Shown piece after piece: positions 25,713 to 38,520 of a DNA stretch of 64,000 nt. Both the position numbers and the translations under genes were made by a program. Positions within the stretch are counted from its first letter, which is position 1. The number at the start of each line of letters is the position of its first letter. This DNA comes from the human T2T-CHM13v2.0 reference genome, Homo sapiens: assembly GCF_009914755.1 (NCBI RefSeq), contig NC_060935.1; one strand, given 5' to 3'. The notes beneath the pieces were generated by a model, which made no database searches, was not told the DNA's origin, and saw nothing but the letters and a program-made list of their open reading frames with translations.

Positions 25713-26227
25713 GACACCCATCCTACTCTACTTTGTTGTGTGGGTCCAGTGAGACAACACAGGTAAAAGTGTTTCATGACTGTAAAGTGCATGTCAGACT
25801 GGGTCGTTATGCTGATGGCAGGACCTGGAGTACGTGCCCCTGCCTGGGGTGGTGCTGGAGCTAACTAGGGGACAGTCTGACAGTTGGGGTGCAGGTAGTC
25901 TAAGATCTTAGGGGGCCTGGTGCCCCGCCAAAGCCATGCCCTTCTAGTGGAATATTTGAGGAATCTAGTGGCAAACTAGCCCCTGACCTGGTGGAAGGGG
26001 CTCCCTGGGGCTGTGATGTCTCTTTCCTGGACCTCATAACTGGAAAGGAGACAGGCTGGATGTTTCTTCTAGAAACGCCGCCGATGTTGTGAACTTTACA
26101 ACAAGAGTCTAGTCTTCGTCGTTTCTTCCTTTTCCACAAGTCTTGGGGAGTCTCTAAAAATAAGGTACAGGAGACCCTGAGCCTTTTTGAGAAACAGGAA
26201 ACCTAAGGGTGTCTTCTATCTTCACGT

Positions 26228-26585
26228 TTTCTTTCTTTTTTATAGTTACAGCTTCAGGGAACAGATGTGCAGGTTTGTTACATGGATCTACTGCATAATG
26301 GTGACGTTTGGGCTTCTGGTACACCCATGCACCCAGGTAATTTTTCAACACTCACTTCCTTCCACCCCACTCCCCTTTTGGAGTCACAAATGTCTATTGT
26401 TTCCATCTTTTTATGTCCATGTGTACCCATTGTTTAGCTCCCACTTATAAGTAAGAACATGCAGTATGTAACTCTCTGTTTCTGAGTTATTTCACTTAGG
26501 ATAATGGTCTCCAGCTCCATCCATGTTACTGCAAAAGACATGATTTCATTCTTTTAAATTCTTTTTCATGGCTGCATAGTATTCC

Positions 26586-26642
<57 letters not shown>

Positions 26643-26712
26643 CATTTCCTTTATCCAGTTATCAGTGAATGGTAACAGAGGTTGGTTCTCTGACTTTGCT
26701 ATTGTGAATGCA
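26228..26712 (-). mobile_element. L1PB/L1PA16-like 3' end
   Basis: gtgcaggtttgttacatggat...gtgtacccattgtttagctcccacttataagt...gcaaaagacatgatttcattctttt. Confidence 0.9.
26591..26640. repeat. Perfect (AC)25 microsatellite within L1
   Basis: 50 bp of uninterrupted AC. Confidence 0.98.
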
Positions 26713-26779
26713 TCTCCATATTTTCAACCACACAATGCCGTACAGTGGTTTCATTTCCTCCTCTATAAAACAAAGACAG

Positions 26780-27105
26780 GACTGGGCACGGTGGCTCATG
26801 TCTGTAATCTCAGCACTTTGGGAAGCCAAGGCAGGTGGATCACTTGAGCCCAGGAGTTCAACACCAGCCTGGGCCACATGGCGAAACCCCATCCCTACTA
26901 AAAAAAAATACAAAAAAATTAGTCGGGCCTGGTGGCACATATCTGTAGTCCCAGCTTCTCGGGAGCCTGAGGTGAGAGAATCACCTGAGCCTGGGAAGTT
27001 GAGGCTGCAGTGAGCTGTGATTGTGCTACTGCACTCCAGACTCCAGCCTGGGCAAAAAGAATGAGATCCTATCTCAAAAACAAAAAACAAAACAAAACAA
27101 AAAAA
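26780..27105 (+). mobile_element. AluJb-like
   Basis: cacttgagcccaggagttc, gttgaggctgcagtgagctgtgattg; (CAAAA)n tail; internal 7-bp duplication actccag-actccag. Confidence 0.93.
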
Positions 27106-29562
27106 CCTAGCTGGTCTGAGAGGCAGAGGGGGCCTGGGCCTGACTCCCTGCTGACTGAAGCTTGCTGCTGTTCACCAGCCTCATGGCACATGGGGCTCAG
27201 TTTCCTGTCTCAGCAAAATGACAAATGGCTGCAGATGGAGGACTTTGAGGACACTCACAAATAGCTGAAATGGAAATGTGAAATCCAGGAATGCCATGTG
27301 GAATTCCCTTGTGACAGAGTCCAAATGGGAACTGGAGGCCTTGGCTTGAGCAGGGTTCAACCCCAAGACATCACACAGGCTGCAAGATCACATCCCCAGC
27401 CTGGGATCCAGTGTGCCCTCTGCTGTCTTCTGGGGCTCCATTTGCTTTTCTGACTACCGGGACTGACATCTGTGAGTGAGAATGCCTGACGAGGTAAATG
27501 ACATAATGCATCAGAAACTCCAGGGGCCCCAGACAGTTTTTCCCAGGTTTCGTCCAGAGCAGGGGAGAGGGCAGCTGGAGAGGCCATGGCCAACATGTGG
27601 CTGGGCAGGCTGGGGAAGAAGGGAAGAATGTGCTGAATCGTTCCAAGCCCCTCAGAGCTGTGGCAGACAGATGTGGAGTCTGGCCAGAGGTCCCTCCTGC
27701 TGTCTTCTCTGAGCCCTGTCTATCTAGATACCTCTGATGGCTGGGGTCAGGGAGGAAGACAGGCCCCTGGGCCACAAACGGGACAACAGCAGCTCTACCT
27801 TTCATCTCTGATCCGCTTGCCTCCTTCCCCATGGGGGAAGATGGCCCCAGCATTTGTTCTTCCCTGAAATGCTTGTTGAGATCAATATACAGGCAGGCCC
27901 AGAGGGGAGCCATGTAATGGAACATTGTCTTCCAAGTTCCGAGCTGTCTCCCAGGACTCCAGAAGGCCGGCTGTGGCTATGTGCCCAGTGAGAGTCCCAC
28001 ACAGATTTCTGCAGTATTGTTAGGGTTTTCATCATTAGTATCGACTTGCTCCTCATCTGGTAGACACATAAATCTCTCATCTGACCAGAAAAAAAGTGTT
28101 GTGGTGGGAAGAACACTGAGCTTTCAGCAAGAATCTTGGGGTCTACCTTAGCCACTAAGTCAGTGCACTAGTGGCTCCTCATCTGTAGAATAGGGGTGAG
28201 CAATTCCTGTTCTGCTCGCCTCACTGGCTCACATGAAATTAAGAGTGCAAAATCATCTCGACTGAGGGAAGAGAAGGCACCTGTATTGAACACCTGCTAC
28301 ATGTCAGGTGCTTTACCACAGGGTCTTCCCCAACTCACTGAGACTTTACATATGGTAGCTCATTAATCCTCTCGGCAGCCTATAGGTGGCTATTGTCATG
28401 ACCATTTTACATGTGAGGGAATGAGCCTTGGAGAGACTCAACGATGTGTTCTAGCCAGTAAAGGGTGAAGCCACATTATCCAGGACAGGCAACATCGGCA
28501 TCACTTGGGAGCTGTGAGAAAAGCAAGTTCTCAGACCCCACTGCAGACCTGTGAATCTGAGTTCCCAGCGATCTCCTCTGCATGGTGTTGATTTCTTTCT
28601 AAGTATTCAAATATAAGCCCAAGTATAAGGTGCAACAATAGTACAATAATAGCATACCCACTCTGGGGGCAAACTCTCCCTCCAGGAGGCGTTTCTGACA
28701 AATTCTGGTTCCTGTTTCTTGGAATCCAATCCTACTCAGAAAGTTAGAAGCACAGGCCCTGCTGGGCTGCCCTGTCGGACACATGGGGAGAGTCTGGAAA
28801 GACACTCACCCACCCCACGAGACCCCACCCCCAGCCTGGGGCCAGTTCCTCCCTGGAAATGAGGCAGAAGAAATCCACCTCTTTACTCCTGGAATTTGCT
28901 TCCCAGATGAGTTCCCTAGTTGGAAAGATTGTGCGAGTTCCTGGGGCCCTGGAAGGCTTTGAAGCATTTTCCCTCTGCATCTAACACTGCTGGCCCCCCA
29001 CCGGGCAGTGATTGGCTTCGGAGCCCCTCCCAGCTTGGATACAGAAGCCGCTCCCACCAGGACGCCCAGTAAGTGACTTGATCTCGGCGTTGGCAGATGG
29101 TGGAGCTATCAGAGCTGCAGCTGCCTTGGCTGCACACGTCCCTCTCGAGGGAGCTTTCCAGTCATTTAGCTCCACTGCGGACTCAGAGCCAAAATTAACA
29201 GTCTCCGGTGGGCCCTCAAAGCTCACCACCCACCCAAACACTCTGGCTTGCTGTCATTCAACAGATAGCCAGTGGGGAGCGGGGCCCAGACTCACCCTCC
29301 CTGCCCACCACCCGCAAGAGGAAACAGCACCACCACCTCTTGTGCCACAGCTGGGCCGGTCCCAGGAAGAAGCCAGCTGGGACTTGGAGTGACAAGCCTT
29401 CCCTCTGATGTGTGTGCAGGGGGTGCCTGGTACAGAGGGACAGCAACCACAGAGCACTGCAGACGCCAAGACATGGTAAGGGGCCAGGACAGCCGAGCTG
29501 CCTCCCATCTGACACTGGCTTCTCAGGGGCTAGGCCGGGGGGCTCCTCCAGGGGTGGGTGGT

Positions 29563-29832
29563 GACAGTGTGCCCAGTGGTTAAGTGCCCGAGCCTTGGAG
29601 TTGGACACATTTGGGTTCAAGTGCAGGCTTCAACAGTCATTCACTGTGTGGTCTGGGGCAAGGTAGCCAACCCCTCTCAGCCTCCGTTTCCTTATCTGGA
29701 AAATGGAGATAATTACCCACAGTAGTACCTACCTCAGGTAATGAGGATTTAATGAGAATGTTAATGAATGTTAAGAGTTTAGCAGATGCTCGACAAATAC
29801 TAAGTACTTAATTAATCATACCTGTCATTATT
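29563..29832 (+). mobile_element. MIR, near full length
   Basis: agtggttaagtgc...tgggttcaag...tctcagcctccgtttccttatctggaaaatggagataat...taagtacttaatt. Confidence 0.88.
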
Positions 29833-29914
29833 CAGTAGGCCTGCCCCTGCTGCAGGGCATACAACTTAAAAATATACTTAAGAATAAAGAAAAGCAAGGG
29901 TCAATGGATGTGGT

Positions 29915-30830
29915 TGTTCATTCAAAATCCCTATTGTGAGAACCTACTGTATGCAGGGTGTCTTAGTCCATTTGGGCTGCTATAAAATAAATACCACAAA
30001 CTAGGTAGCTTATAAACTATAGACATTTATTCCTCACAGTTCTAGAGGCTGGAAAGTGCAAGAGCAAGGCACCAGCAAATTTGGTGTCTGGTGAGGGCAT
30101 TCTCTCTGTGTTCTCATCTGGTGGAAGAGGCAAGGGATCTCTGTGGGCTCTTTTATAAAAGCACTATTCTCGTGTATGAAGGCCCCACCCTCCCAAAGGC
30201 CCCACCTCCTAATTCCATCACTCTAGAGGCTAGGATGCCAACGTATGACTGTTAGGGACACACAAACACCTAGACCCAGCACAGGGTGCTGGTGGTGTGA
30301 TGAGGAATAAGCTGTGGACCCGCCCTCGTGGTGCTCACAGAGGAGAGGGAGCCTGGTGGGTCATGCTCAGAGCTTACAGAATGGCAAGTATGCTGGGACA
30401 CGCAGAGATGCCGTAGAAGCCCATGGCTGAATATGAAGGAGCCTTGTGACTCAGGGAAGGTTTCTTGTGGGAGGTGATATCACAACTGAGTCTTAAAAGA
30501 TGAGTTAATGAAGCCACAAGGGGCAGGTGGAGCAAGAGGGAGAAGATAGAGTGCAGCAGGAAGCCGTTGAGTGCGCTCAGAGCACTCTGGGACCTGCAAG
30601 CAGCCCCGCATGCCTGGAGCCTAGGGAGGTGCAGGAGCTCTGGGCCAGGGCAGGTCACAGAGGACCTTGTGTATATGTCCAGGGGTTAGGACTTCTTTAT
30701 CCCGAGCACCTGGTGACTAACTCACTAAACAAAAAGATAACGGCTAAGTCTCTGAAGGACTTTAAGCAAGGGAGTTGCACAGTCAGGCTTTCAGTTCAGA
30801 AGGCTCACTCTGGCTGACAGGGAGAGGACG
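29915..30830 (-). mobile_element. L2 3' fragment (host of MLT1A)
   Basis: ttcattcaa...aacctactgtatgcaggg[LTR]...tcagggaaggtttcttgtgggaggtgatat...ctgaaggactttaagcaaggg. Confidence 0.75.
29959..30281 (-). mobile_element. MLT1A/MSTD-like solo LTR
   Basis: tgtcttagtccatttgggctgctataa...agacccagca. Perfect TSD CAGGG at 29954-29958 and 30282-30286. Confidence 0.92.
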
Positions 30831-33739
30831 TCCAGAAGGGGCCTGCACTGGAGGCCCATGCAGAGTCCAGGAGATAGTGGACAGGCTGGGTCCAGAGGTG
30901 TGGCCAGCAGGCTGCCCCCACTCCCAGGAGATATGTTGGTGAGGCGGGAGGAGCCAACACAGAGGAATGGAGTAGGGGCCTGGGGGGACCGGACAGACAG
31001 GCTGGCATCTGGTTGTGGAGATGGAAAAATAACTGGACAGGAAAGGGAGGGACTGCAGCAGGTCTGTTGGATGGGGAAGAGGAGAGGGCTATGTGGGAAG
31101 GAGGTAAGGGGGCAGGGCAGATTTGCCTGACTCAGAAATGCCTAGAGAAGAAAGGCCATGGAGGCAGACGCAGACTGGGGCAGAAGGGTCCCCTTGAGGC
31201 TGCCTGTGTGGGAGCGCTTACACACTATCCCATGGGGCCGCTGATCTGCCCCTCCTGATTACCCTTCATCCTTCAGCACTTCCCCTGGGCCAGGCTCTGT
31301 GCTGGGCTGAGGGAGCAAAGAGGAAACGCCTTGGCCTCTGCTCATGAGGCCTCCCAGGGCAGGAATGTCCAGGAAGGGGGTGCCGTCGTTATTGTCCCCA
31401 CCTTGCAGAAGACAGGACTGAGTGTCTGAGCCTGTGACTAGTCCGGAGTCATGCAGCCAGTTAGGGACAAAGCTGTAGTGAGAAACGCGGTGTCTGCTGT
31501 TAAACGTGGCGAGGTTTACACTGCATTATTCCAAGTCCCGGGAGGAGAGCCCCTGGAAAGCATCTTTGTGCTGGCAAAACCCTCCCTGAGGTCATGAGTC
31601 GGTTAGGCACCAGTAAAGGGTGCCAAGGTGAGGATGGAGAAGGTGGTGAAGGAGGGTCCAGCTCCACTGCTGAGGCACACAGCTCCCCGGCAGGGAGAAG
31701 CGGCTCGCGTGAATTCACATTCAAAACGCATCTGATGCACCATGTTCATTTCATCTTCAAGTCTTCCGGTAGAGGACTTCTGCCTCCCAACAGCTCCCTG
31801 GAGCCCCCTGCCCTTCAGGAGGTCCTTGATTTTCTCCATAATGATTCTCAGAACAGTTTGAAACCCATTTCAAACACAGGGAGTGAGGGACGCCCCGGCG
31901 ACCACCAGCCCCCTCTGTGTTTGCCACAATGGGGGAATCTCACAAGATGGGTTTCCGTGCTTCCGCCTGTAGGAGTGTCCTTTTCCACAACCAGGGACTG
32001 GCGTGTGCCCTCTCCACCCTCCCCAAGCCCAGATAGGTGCCCACAAGCAGAGGCAAGGCCCAGGTCCCTCTTGCCCCAGCAGCTGGTCAGAAAATGAGAA
32101 GAATGAGCAGGAAGATAAGACACCACACGACCAGAGCCTGGAGGGCTGAGCCGGCAGACAGAGAAGGGGCACCCTCCCTCGCCCTCTTCTCCTCCCTCCT
32201 CCTCCCAACATCTGAGGCCACTGACCCCTCTCCTGCACCAGTGACTCCTGAGACAACAGAGCTTCAGGGGTGAGGAGCTCCATTTCTGGTCTAAGAGCTG
32301 GGGTCCCAGAGTCCCAAGATGCAGCCCCAGCAGGCCAGAGCAATAAGCTTTTTTCCTTGTCCACATCCCATGGGTCACTGCCCCTCTGTCAGAAAGGGTG
32401 GGCACCACTGCTGGCTCCGGAGGGTGAGGTCAGAAGAGGAGAGACCATTCCACCTGATGCAACAAACACTTGTTCATTCACTTGCTCACTCACTCACTCA
32501 TTATCATTATCAGTATTATTATTTAGCACCCACTATGTGCCAGGCATTGGGTTAGCCTATAGGAATAAGCAAAGCAGGCCCAGTTCCTGCCCTCGTGAAG
32601 CCTGCAGTTCAGGTTGTTGCACACCTACTGTGTGCCCTTCTTGGAGTCAGGTAGTAGAGGAAGCTCCAGGATGAATGAGCTAGAAATTCTGCCCTCAGGA
32701 GATGTGGCAAACAAGCAGCCCCATTCCAGGCTGTCCCTGGCAAGGGTGTGGCTTGGGTGCCAGTGGACTCCAGAGGCTGTTCCCCTGGTGCACGGAAGCC
32801 TCTACGTTCCGAAAGGGAGGGGCTCACTCAGCCTCCCTCAATCACCTCTTCTCCTCTGACACCTTCTATACCAAGATGACCTTCCTGATCTCAGACCTGG
32901 ACCTCCCCAGCTGCATTTTAAAATAACATGCTGTTATTTTCAATTGCAATGGCAGTCCTGCTTTCTCCAGAAATTTCCCCTCGGTTTAATACGAATGGAA
33001 CTGGGAGCCGGAAGAGGCCTGGGGCTCTGACCCAGCTCCACCACTTAGATTATGACCATGGGATGGCACTTCACCTACCCAGGACTTTGTCTCTCCGTGA
33101 GGACAAGGACACTCACTGTATGTGCCACACAGGGTAGTGACACCCTCATGGGTTAATAGATGCAAAGTCATTGAAATGATAGTGATACTTGTCAGTTATT
33201 GAGTGCTTGTTGCACGCCCAACCCTGGACAAAGGGCTTTACAAGTGTTATCTCAGGGAATTCTCCACTGGGATTGGAAAGGTGGGTTCATTGCCCAAGGT
33301 TACACAGGTAGAAAATAGCAAGGTCCAGGTACGAACCCAGGGTAATTCCAGAGTCACAAGTCCCAAACGCTGCCCACAACGGCTCTCACCAAAGCTCTTC
33401 ACAGAATTTAGAAGGGGTATACAACGATAATTCTCCTCAAAATGCAAAGCCTTGCGTGGAAAACACCTCAGGCCCTGAGTCCCAAAAAGCCTCATTCTCC
33501 TTCCCTTGCCTTGTTCCGGGTGGGGGCCCCTCTCCTTCTCCTCCCCCACAACCCATTTCCTCTACTGCAGGGAGTGGTGCACCCAGGACCACCAAGCTAT
33601 TGTTGCAAGATTCATTTATTTTAGTAAAAGTTAAGTCTCCTCGGCTACATTTCCATCCACAAACCATCAATATTTCAGTAGTATTGCTCAGCCCAGGGTG
33701 GCAGAGATGGCCCCCTCTGTGTCTGAGCGGCGGCTTCCA

Positions 33740-34060
33740 GTTAAAAGTTCACCACAGAAAGTTTGATGCCTAATAAATTGGAGCCTTTCCTGCTTTAAAT
33801 CATTTTTAAACCACGATTGCTGCACAAAATATAATTATTACAAACCGGTCATTTGTAACACAGAAATCTCATTAAAACGATTCCATGCTGGAAAGGTGGG
33901 TGGGAGGGGGCGGCGGTGGTGGTGGCGGTGGTAGGCGTGGGGTGTGGCTGGAGGAGCGGAGGCCTAGGGAAGGCTTGGAGGGAGCCGGGGGATGCTCTTA
34001 ATTACAGATTGATTATTTCTGGTGATTGAGCACAGAATATAATCAACTCAACATTTCTAG
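33740..34060. promoter_or_regulatory. Candidate conserved enhancer (two AT-rich, homeobox-site-rich blocks around a G-rich spacer)
   Basis: Repeat-free. TAAT/ATTA cores, agattgatta, ctaataaattg. Function inferred only. Confidence 0.4.
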
Positions 34061-37000
34061 GCTGGAGCAGAGGGGCAGGGATTGGCGGTGACAAGGATTG
34101 AGGAATCTTCCAGACCATCTTCTCTTCTGAGCTGAACAACTGGCCGAGGGGTGGGTCAGAGGGCCACAGGCCAGTGGCAGCAGGCTCCCCCGTCAGATTT
34201 CCGGCTGGTCCCCACCCCAGAGGTGGCTGCAGAGTTTGCCAGGGGCTTTGGAGCTGCCTGTTTCATCCACAGTGGAAAGAGACTGCATGATTACCGGAAG
34301 AGCTGTGGCTAGTTGCTGGGGAGACAGGATGTGAGACTTAAGGCAAAGGACCTGGGTTCAAATCTCAGCTCCAATCTTTGCAAACTGCATCCTTTGAGGA
34401 AATGATTCACTCAAAGTGCCCAAGCCTGGGTTTCCAGGTGGCTGAAAGGGGCATGGTTCTGCCCTCCCAGCCCTGCAGGGCTGTGGTGCAGCTCACCCAA
34501 GACAACGTGTGTGTGTGAATTCCTTTACCTGGCACAGAGGAGACAGTGGAAAACCCGCTGATTTAAATTTTCTGACAAAGATTGTGAGATGTGGAAAGCA
34601 GCTTCTAGGAGAGAGCGGTGGAATCCCCCTCCTCAGGGGAACATTAAGAACAAATGGACCCTGATCTCCCAGGAAAGGCGTAGGGGGACTTGGGGCATCC
34701 TTCTTCGAGAGAAGGGAGAGAGGCTTGATTTTGCCACAGAGAACCACCTGTGCTAGGCGCACACGGCATGGAGCCAGTGCTGGGCTCTGGGTGTGTCATG
34801 GGGCCAGCATCTTGGGGCTTCTTACCATCTTTCATCACCTCTCCCATAACCTCCAGCAGGTACCAGGAAAGCCACGGGCCCCTCTCCTCCACATTCCTGG
34901 GAGGCCCCCATGAAACCCATCTGGGAAAGTGGAAAGGCTGTCAGCTTCCTTGTCCTGGTCCTCAGCTACAAGCCTGTTGAGACAGGAGTCTCAAACTCTT
35001 CCCCTTACCCATTCCACTTTCTGTGCCCCACCAGGCCTCCTTTGGTGGTAGCTTTCAGCACAGCCCAGGCTGCCACTTCTGGCTTCTTAGACTTGAGCTT
35101 TCTCCCCAGTCTCAGCTCAGTGCACTCCGAGATCTCAACCAGCAAACTCCTCACTCCCTCCTGGCCCCAAGGAGCTCCTCGTGGAAGGAGCTCTGGGGCT
35201 GCTGCCCCGTGGTGGGAACTGTAGATCCTATGAGCAGCCTCAGCCCTTCTTGAGGGTTCTTGGAAGCAGGTGAAACCCATTGCCAGGGAACAGCTGCTTT
35301 CACATCTCCAGGCCTCTGCCACAGACCACCAATCCCTTGCAAGGGAAGCCTCCCCACTCCCGGCTGCCTGTGAACCCACAGAACAGTGTGTGGTCCTGTT
35401 TGAGGGCACAAGTATACACACACCTTTGCAAGTTCCCTATGCTCCGGGAGCTTCCCAAGGTCAGGGCCACCATTTCTCTCTATTCCCTGCCCTTAATCCC
35501 CACCCTGCTATGCACACAGCATGACCAGCACACTGCGGGTAAAGATCTTCCCAGATACCCAGGGCCGGACACTTCACTGCATACTGGGTTTGAGCCTGCC
35601 ATTTCTCGCTGTGTGGTCCTACTCTTGAGTAGGTCACTTAACTTCTCTGGGGCTCAGCTTCATCTTCTATAACTTGGGATGATAATAATAACAGTTCTGC
35701 TTACTTTAGGAGGACAGAAGTTTGGTATGGTGGCATTATGATGATGGTGTCCGTCATAATCCTTACTACTGACAGGCCCTGGGTCATGGCAGGGGGACTG
35801 CAAGGTGGTGGTGAGTGCATCTTCCTCATTCAAGCTCTCGCCTTGGATTTCTTCAGTCTCTGGCTTGAGGGCTGGAGGAGGAGGTGTCCAGGCTGTGCCT
35901 ACCCCGGGGTCTCTGCATCCCACAATCCCCAAGTGCCTCTCTGTGATTGGCTGCTCAGCACAGCTCCCTGCAGGCTGGACAGGCTCTGGGTGGGAGCCGT
36001 GGGTGGATGGGTGCCAGGAGCCCACAGAGGGGGCTCCTGTGTGCGGGTTCATGGGACCGTGGGTGGCTGTGCAGGCAGAGGCTTCCATTGCTCCAAAATA
36101 GCTCGCAGTGGTGGTGGGGACAAACAGGTACGTGCAGCCCGGGCTGGGCTGCTGGTGAGTGTTGCCAGGGAAACCATGGCTGCAGGAGCCCCCAGCCCTT
36201 TGCCTCTTCGCCATGGAGACAGTGAGTTGGAGGCAGCAAGTCTGACGGAACAGGCAACCCCCACCACGGGCTTCAGGGAAACCACAGCGTCCACAGCGGC
36301 CCATCACTGGGGGGCGGGAGCAGCCTTGGGATCAGTTTTCCTATTACAAAACCATGTTCAAATGTCAATTCCTTCTCTCCTGCATGTGGGTTTCTCCCCC
36401 TCCATTTCATCAGTCCAGCCCCCTCCTCCCTCCTGTTCCTGGCTTGCATTTCACGTTAGCGCAACGCTGGTCTTTGAAGAATGAAATTTGGCAGCCATCG
36501 AGTGCCTAATATGACCTCATCCTATCTGGTGTTTTCAGGAAAGGGTGCCTCCCCAAAGGGGGTGGGGAAAGGCCCACAGGGCAAGTGGCAGGGAAACCCA
36601 GCTGTGATGCCTGTGGGTGCTCCAGAGTTAAAAGAGTCCTCCTGCTTATGTGCAGGGGCAGGGGCTCCTCTCCTCAGTCTGCCCCCAAGCCCAGCTCCCC
36701 ACCATCTCTAGGGAAGACCACTAGCACAGGCCAATGCTGGTACTTTCCAGAAAACTCTTCAAAGTTCCCTCAGTACCAACACGTGGGCTCCCTTCCAGTC
36801 ATTCTGGGGTGCTGGGAGGTCACTGGTTAAAAGCAGGCTGAGAGGGCGCTGTTGAGCCCACCTCACCGGTGGGGGCAGGTCTTCCCCACAGTGCCCGGGA
36901 CACATGGCTGTCTTAGGAAGGACAGGCCTCCCCGTTTTCCTGTTCCAAAGCCTTTTCCAGGGCCCACCAGCCCTTCTCACTGCACCCCAAGTCCCCACTG

Positions 37001-37454
37001 TGGACATCCAGGCTTGTCAGAGAAGGGGAGAGGAGCTCAGCAGCTCTTCAAAATGCTCCCTGAGGCTGGCCAAGGAAGAGTGACCTGCCCCTTACACTGA
37101 CCTTTTCCCATTTCCCAAGCTGTGCGATCTCATTGATCTAGAAATGCTAGTTCTTGTTTTGTCTGTTGACCAAGAGTCATTGGCTATTTCTCCAGATAAG
37201 TGGAGAGTTGAGAGCTATAGACCCTTAGAACTCACCAACTTGCAAGGACTGGTTCCTGCCATCATCATGCCCCAACCACCGCCTCCTCCATCCCTGCCTC
37301 CCGCCTCAGTTCAGCCCCTCATCGCACTAACATGGCCATGCCCCTTCCCCCGCCTACCCTGGGTACCAGGTTGTCGGCTAGCCCAGCCTACCCACTTGCC
37401 CCGCCCCACCCACCCTTGCCATCTGTCTGTCTGCCTGGCTGTCTGACTTGTCTC

Positions 37455-37810
37455 TTGCCTGTTTGATGTTCAAGCTATCGACTGTGACAATCATATCTGA
37501 TCATTAATAATGCAATAACGGAATAGTGACTGGAGAGACACTTGGATAATCAGCTAGCACAGCCTCATTAGTGGCACAGAACAATCACAGCGATATAATA
37601 ACAGATCCCAGGAAATTTCAATTAAACCTGGAACTTTGTTAGGGTTTCATTTTATTTTCAGCATGGCAATGGATAGCGTAATTGCAATCAACTAAAGCCA
37701 ATGCAAATCTCTTCCAAAAGAGACCCCTTCCCCTGGGTATGCAAGGGAATTAAGTCTCACTCTTCTTTAGCTCCTGCCCATCTTAATTCTGAGCCATTTA
37801 ATGAACTCCT
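37455..37810. promoter_or_regulatory. Candidate conserved enhancer
   Basis: Repeat-free AT-rich island with GTTTGATG, AACAAT, CTTTGTT, TAATTG, ATGCAAAT. Function inferred only. Confidence 0.45.
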
Positions 37811-38344
37811 TTTCTGCCCTGAAGAATGTTCCAACTGAGTCTCTGGCTTCACTTAACAACAGGATCATCCTGGCTTCTGGCCCTGTGTTAGAGATGAAGA
37901 TGCTGAGAATTAGCCTGTACAGAGGGCTCAGTGTGTGCTGTTCACTGTGCTGGGCTCTTTACGTGGGTTATCTCATTTAAACCTCACTACCACTTAATGA
38001 GACAGTGATTAATATTATCATTATTGAACCAGCAAGGTCACCAAGTCTCAAAGAAGTTGAGAAACATCTTCTGGGCAACACCTCCTGCAAATATCATTGG
38101 TGCAGCCAGAATTAAACCAGACCTGCCCAAGTGTGAAGGCCATGACTGCTGCCTTCCTCTCACTCTCTCTCTTCTCTCCTGTGCTCCTCCTGTCTGTCTC
38201 TCTCTCACTCTCTCTTTCACTCTCTCCCCTCACCCCCCACCCTTGTCTGTTTCTTTTCTCTTTCTGATTAGGGACTGGATGAGCCTTGAGAATGCTGAAG
38301 GGGGATAGAGTAAACCGAGTCCTGTACAGCCCAGGCATCTCATG

Positions 38345-38520
38345 TCAGGACCTTGGTCTCCAGCCTAGGGTGGGCTGGTGGGGAGATTTTTAAAGAACAG
38401 CATCTCTGAATCTTGCCCCCAAATCAGACCACCTAATCAGAATCTCTGGGGATGGGGCCCAGTCAAATGTATTGTTTCAAGGCTCCCTAGGTTGTTTTAA
38501 AGCACACTGTGCATAAAACC
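38345..38520. mobile_element. MER5-family hAT MITE
   Basis: cacctaatcagaatctctggggatggggcccag...aaggctccctaggttgtttt. Confidence 0.7.

Noticed and set aside
35660-36484. Longest ORFs (248 aa on +, 215 aa on -)
   Set aside because: Overlapping ORFs on both strands in GC-rich DNA, low-complexity G/A/P/W/C composition, no recognisable domain. The start lies in a MIR tail.
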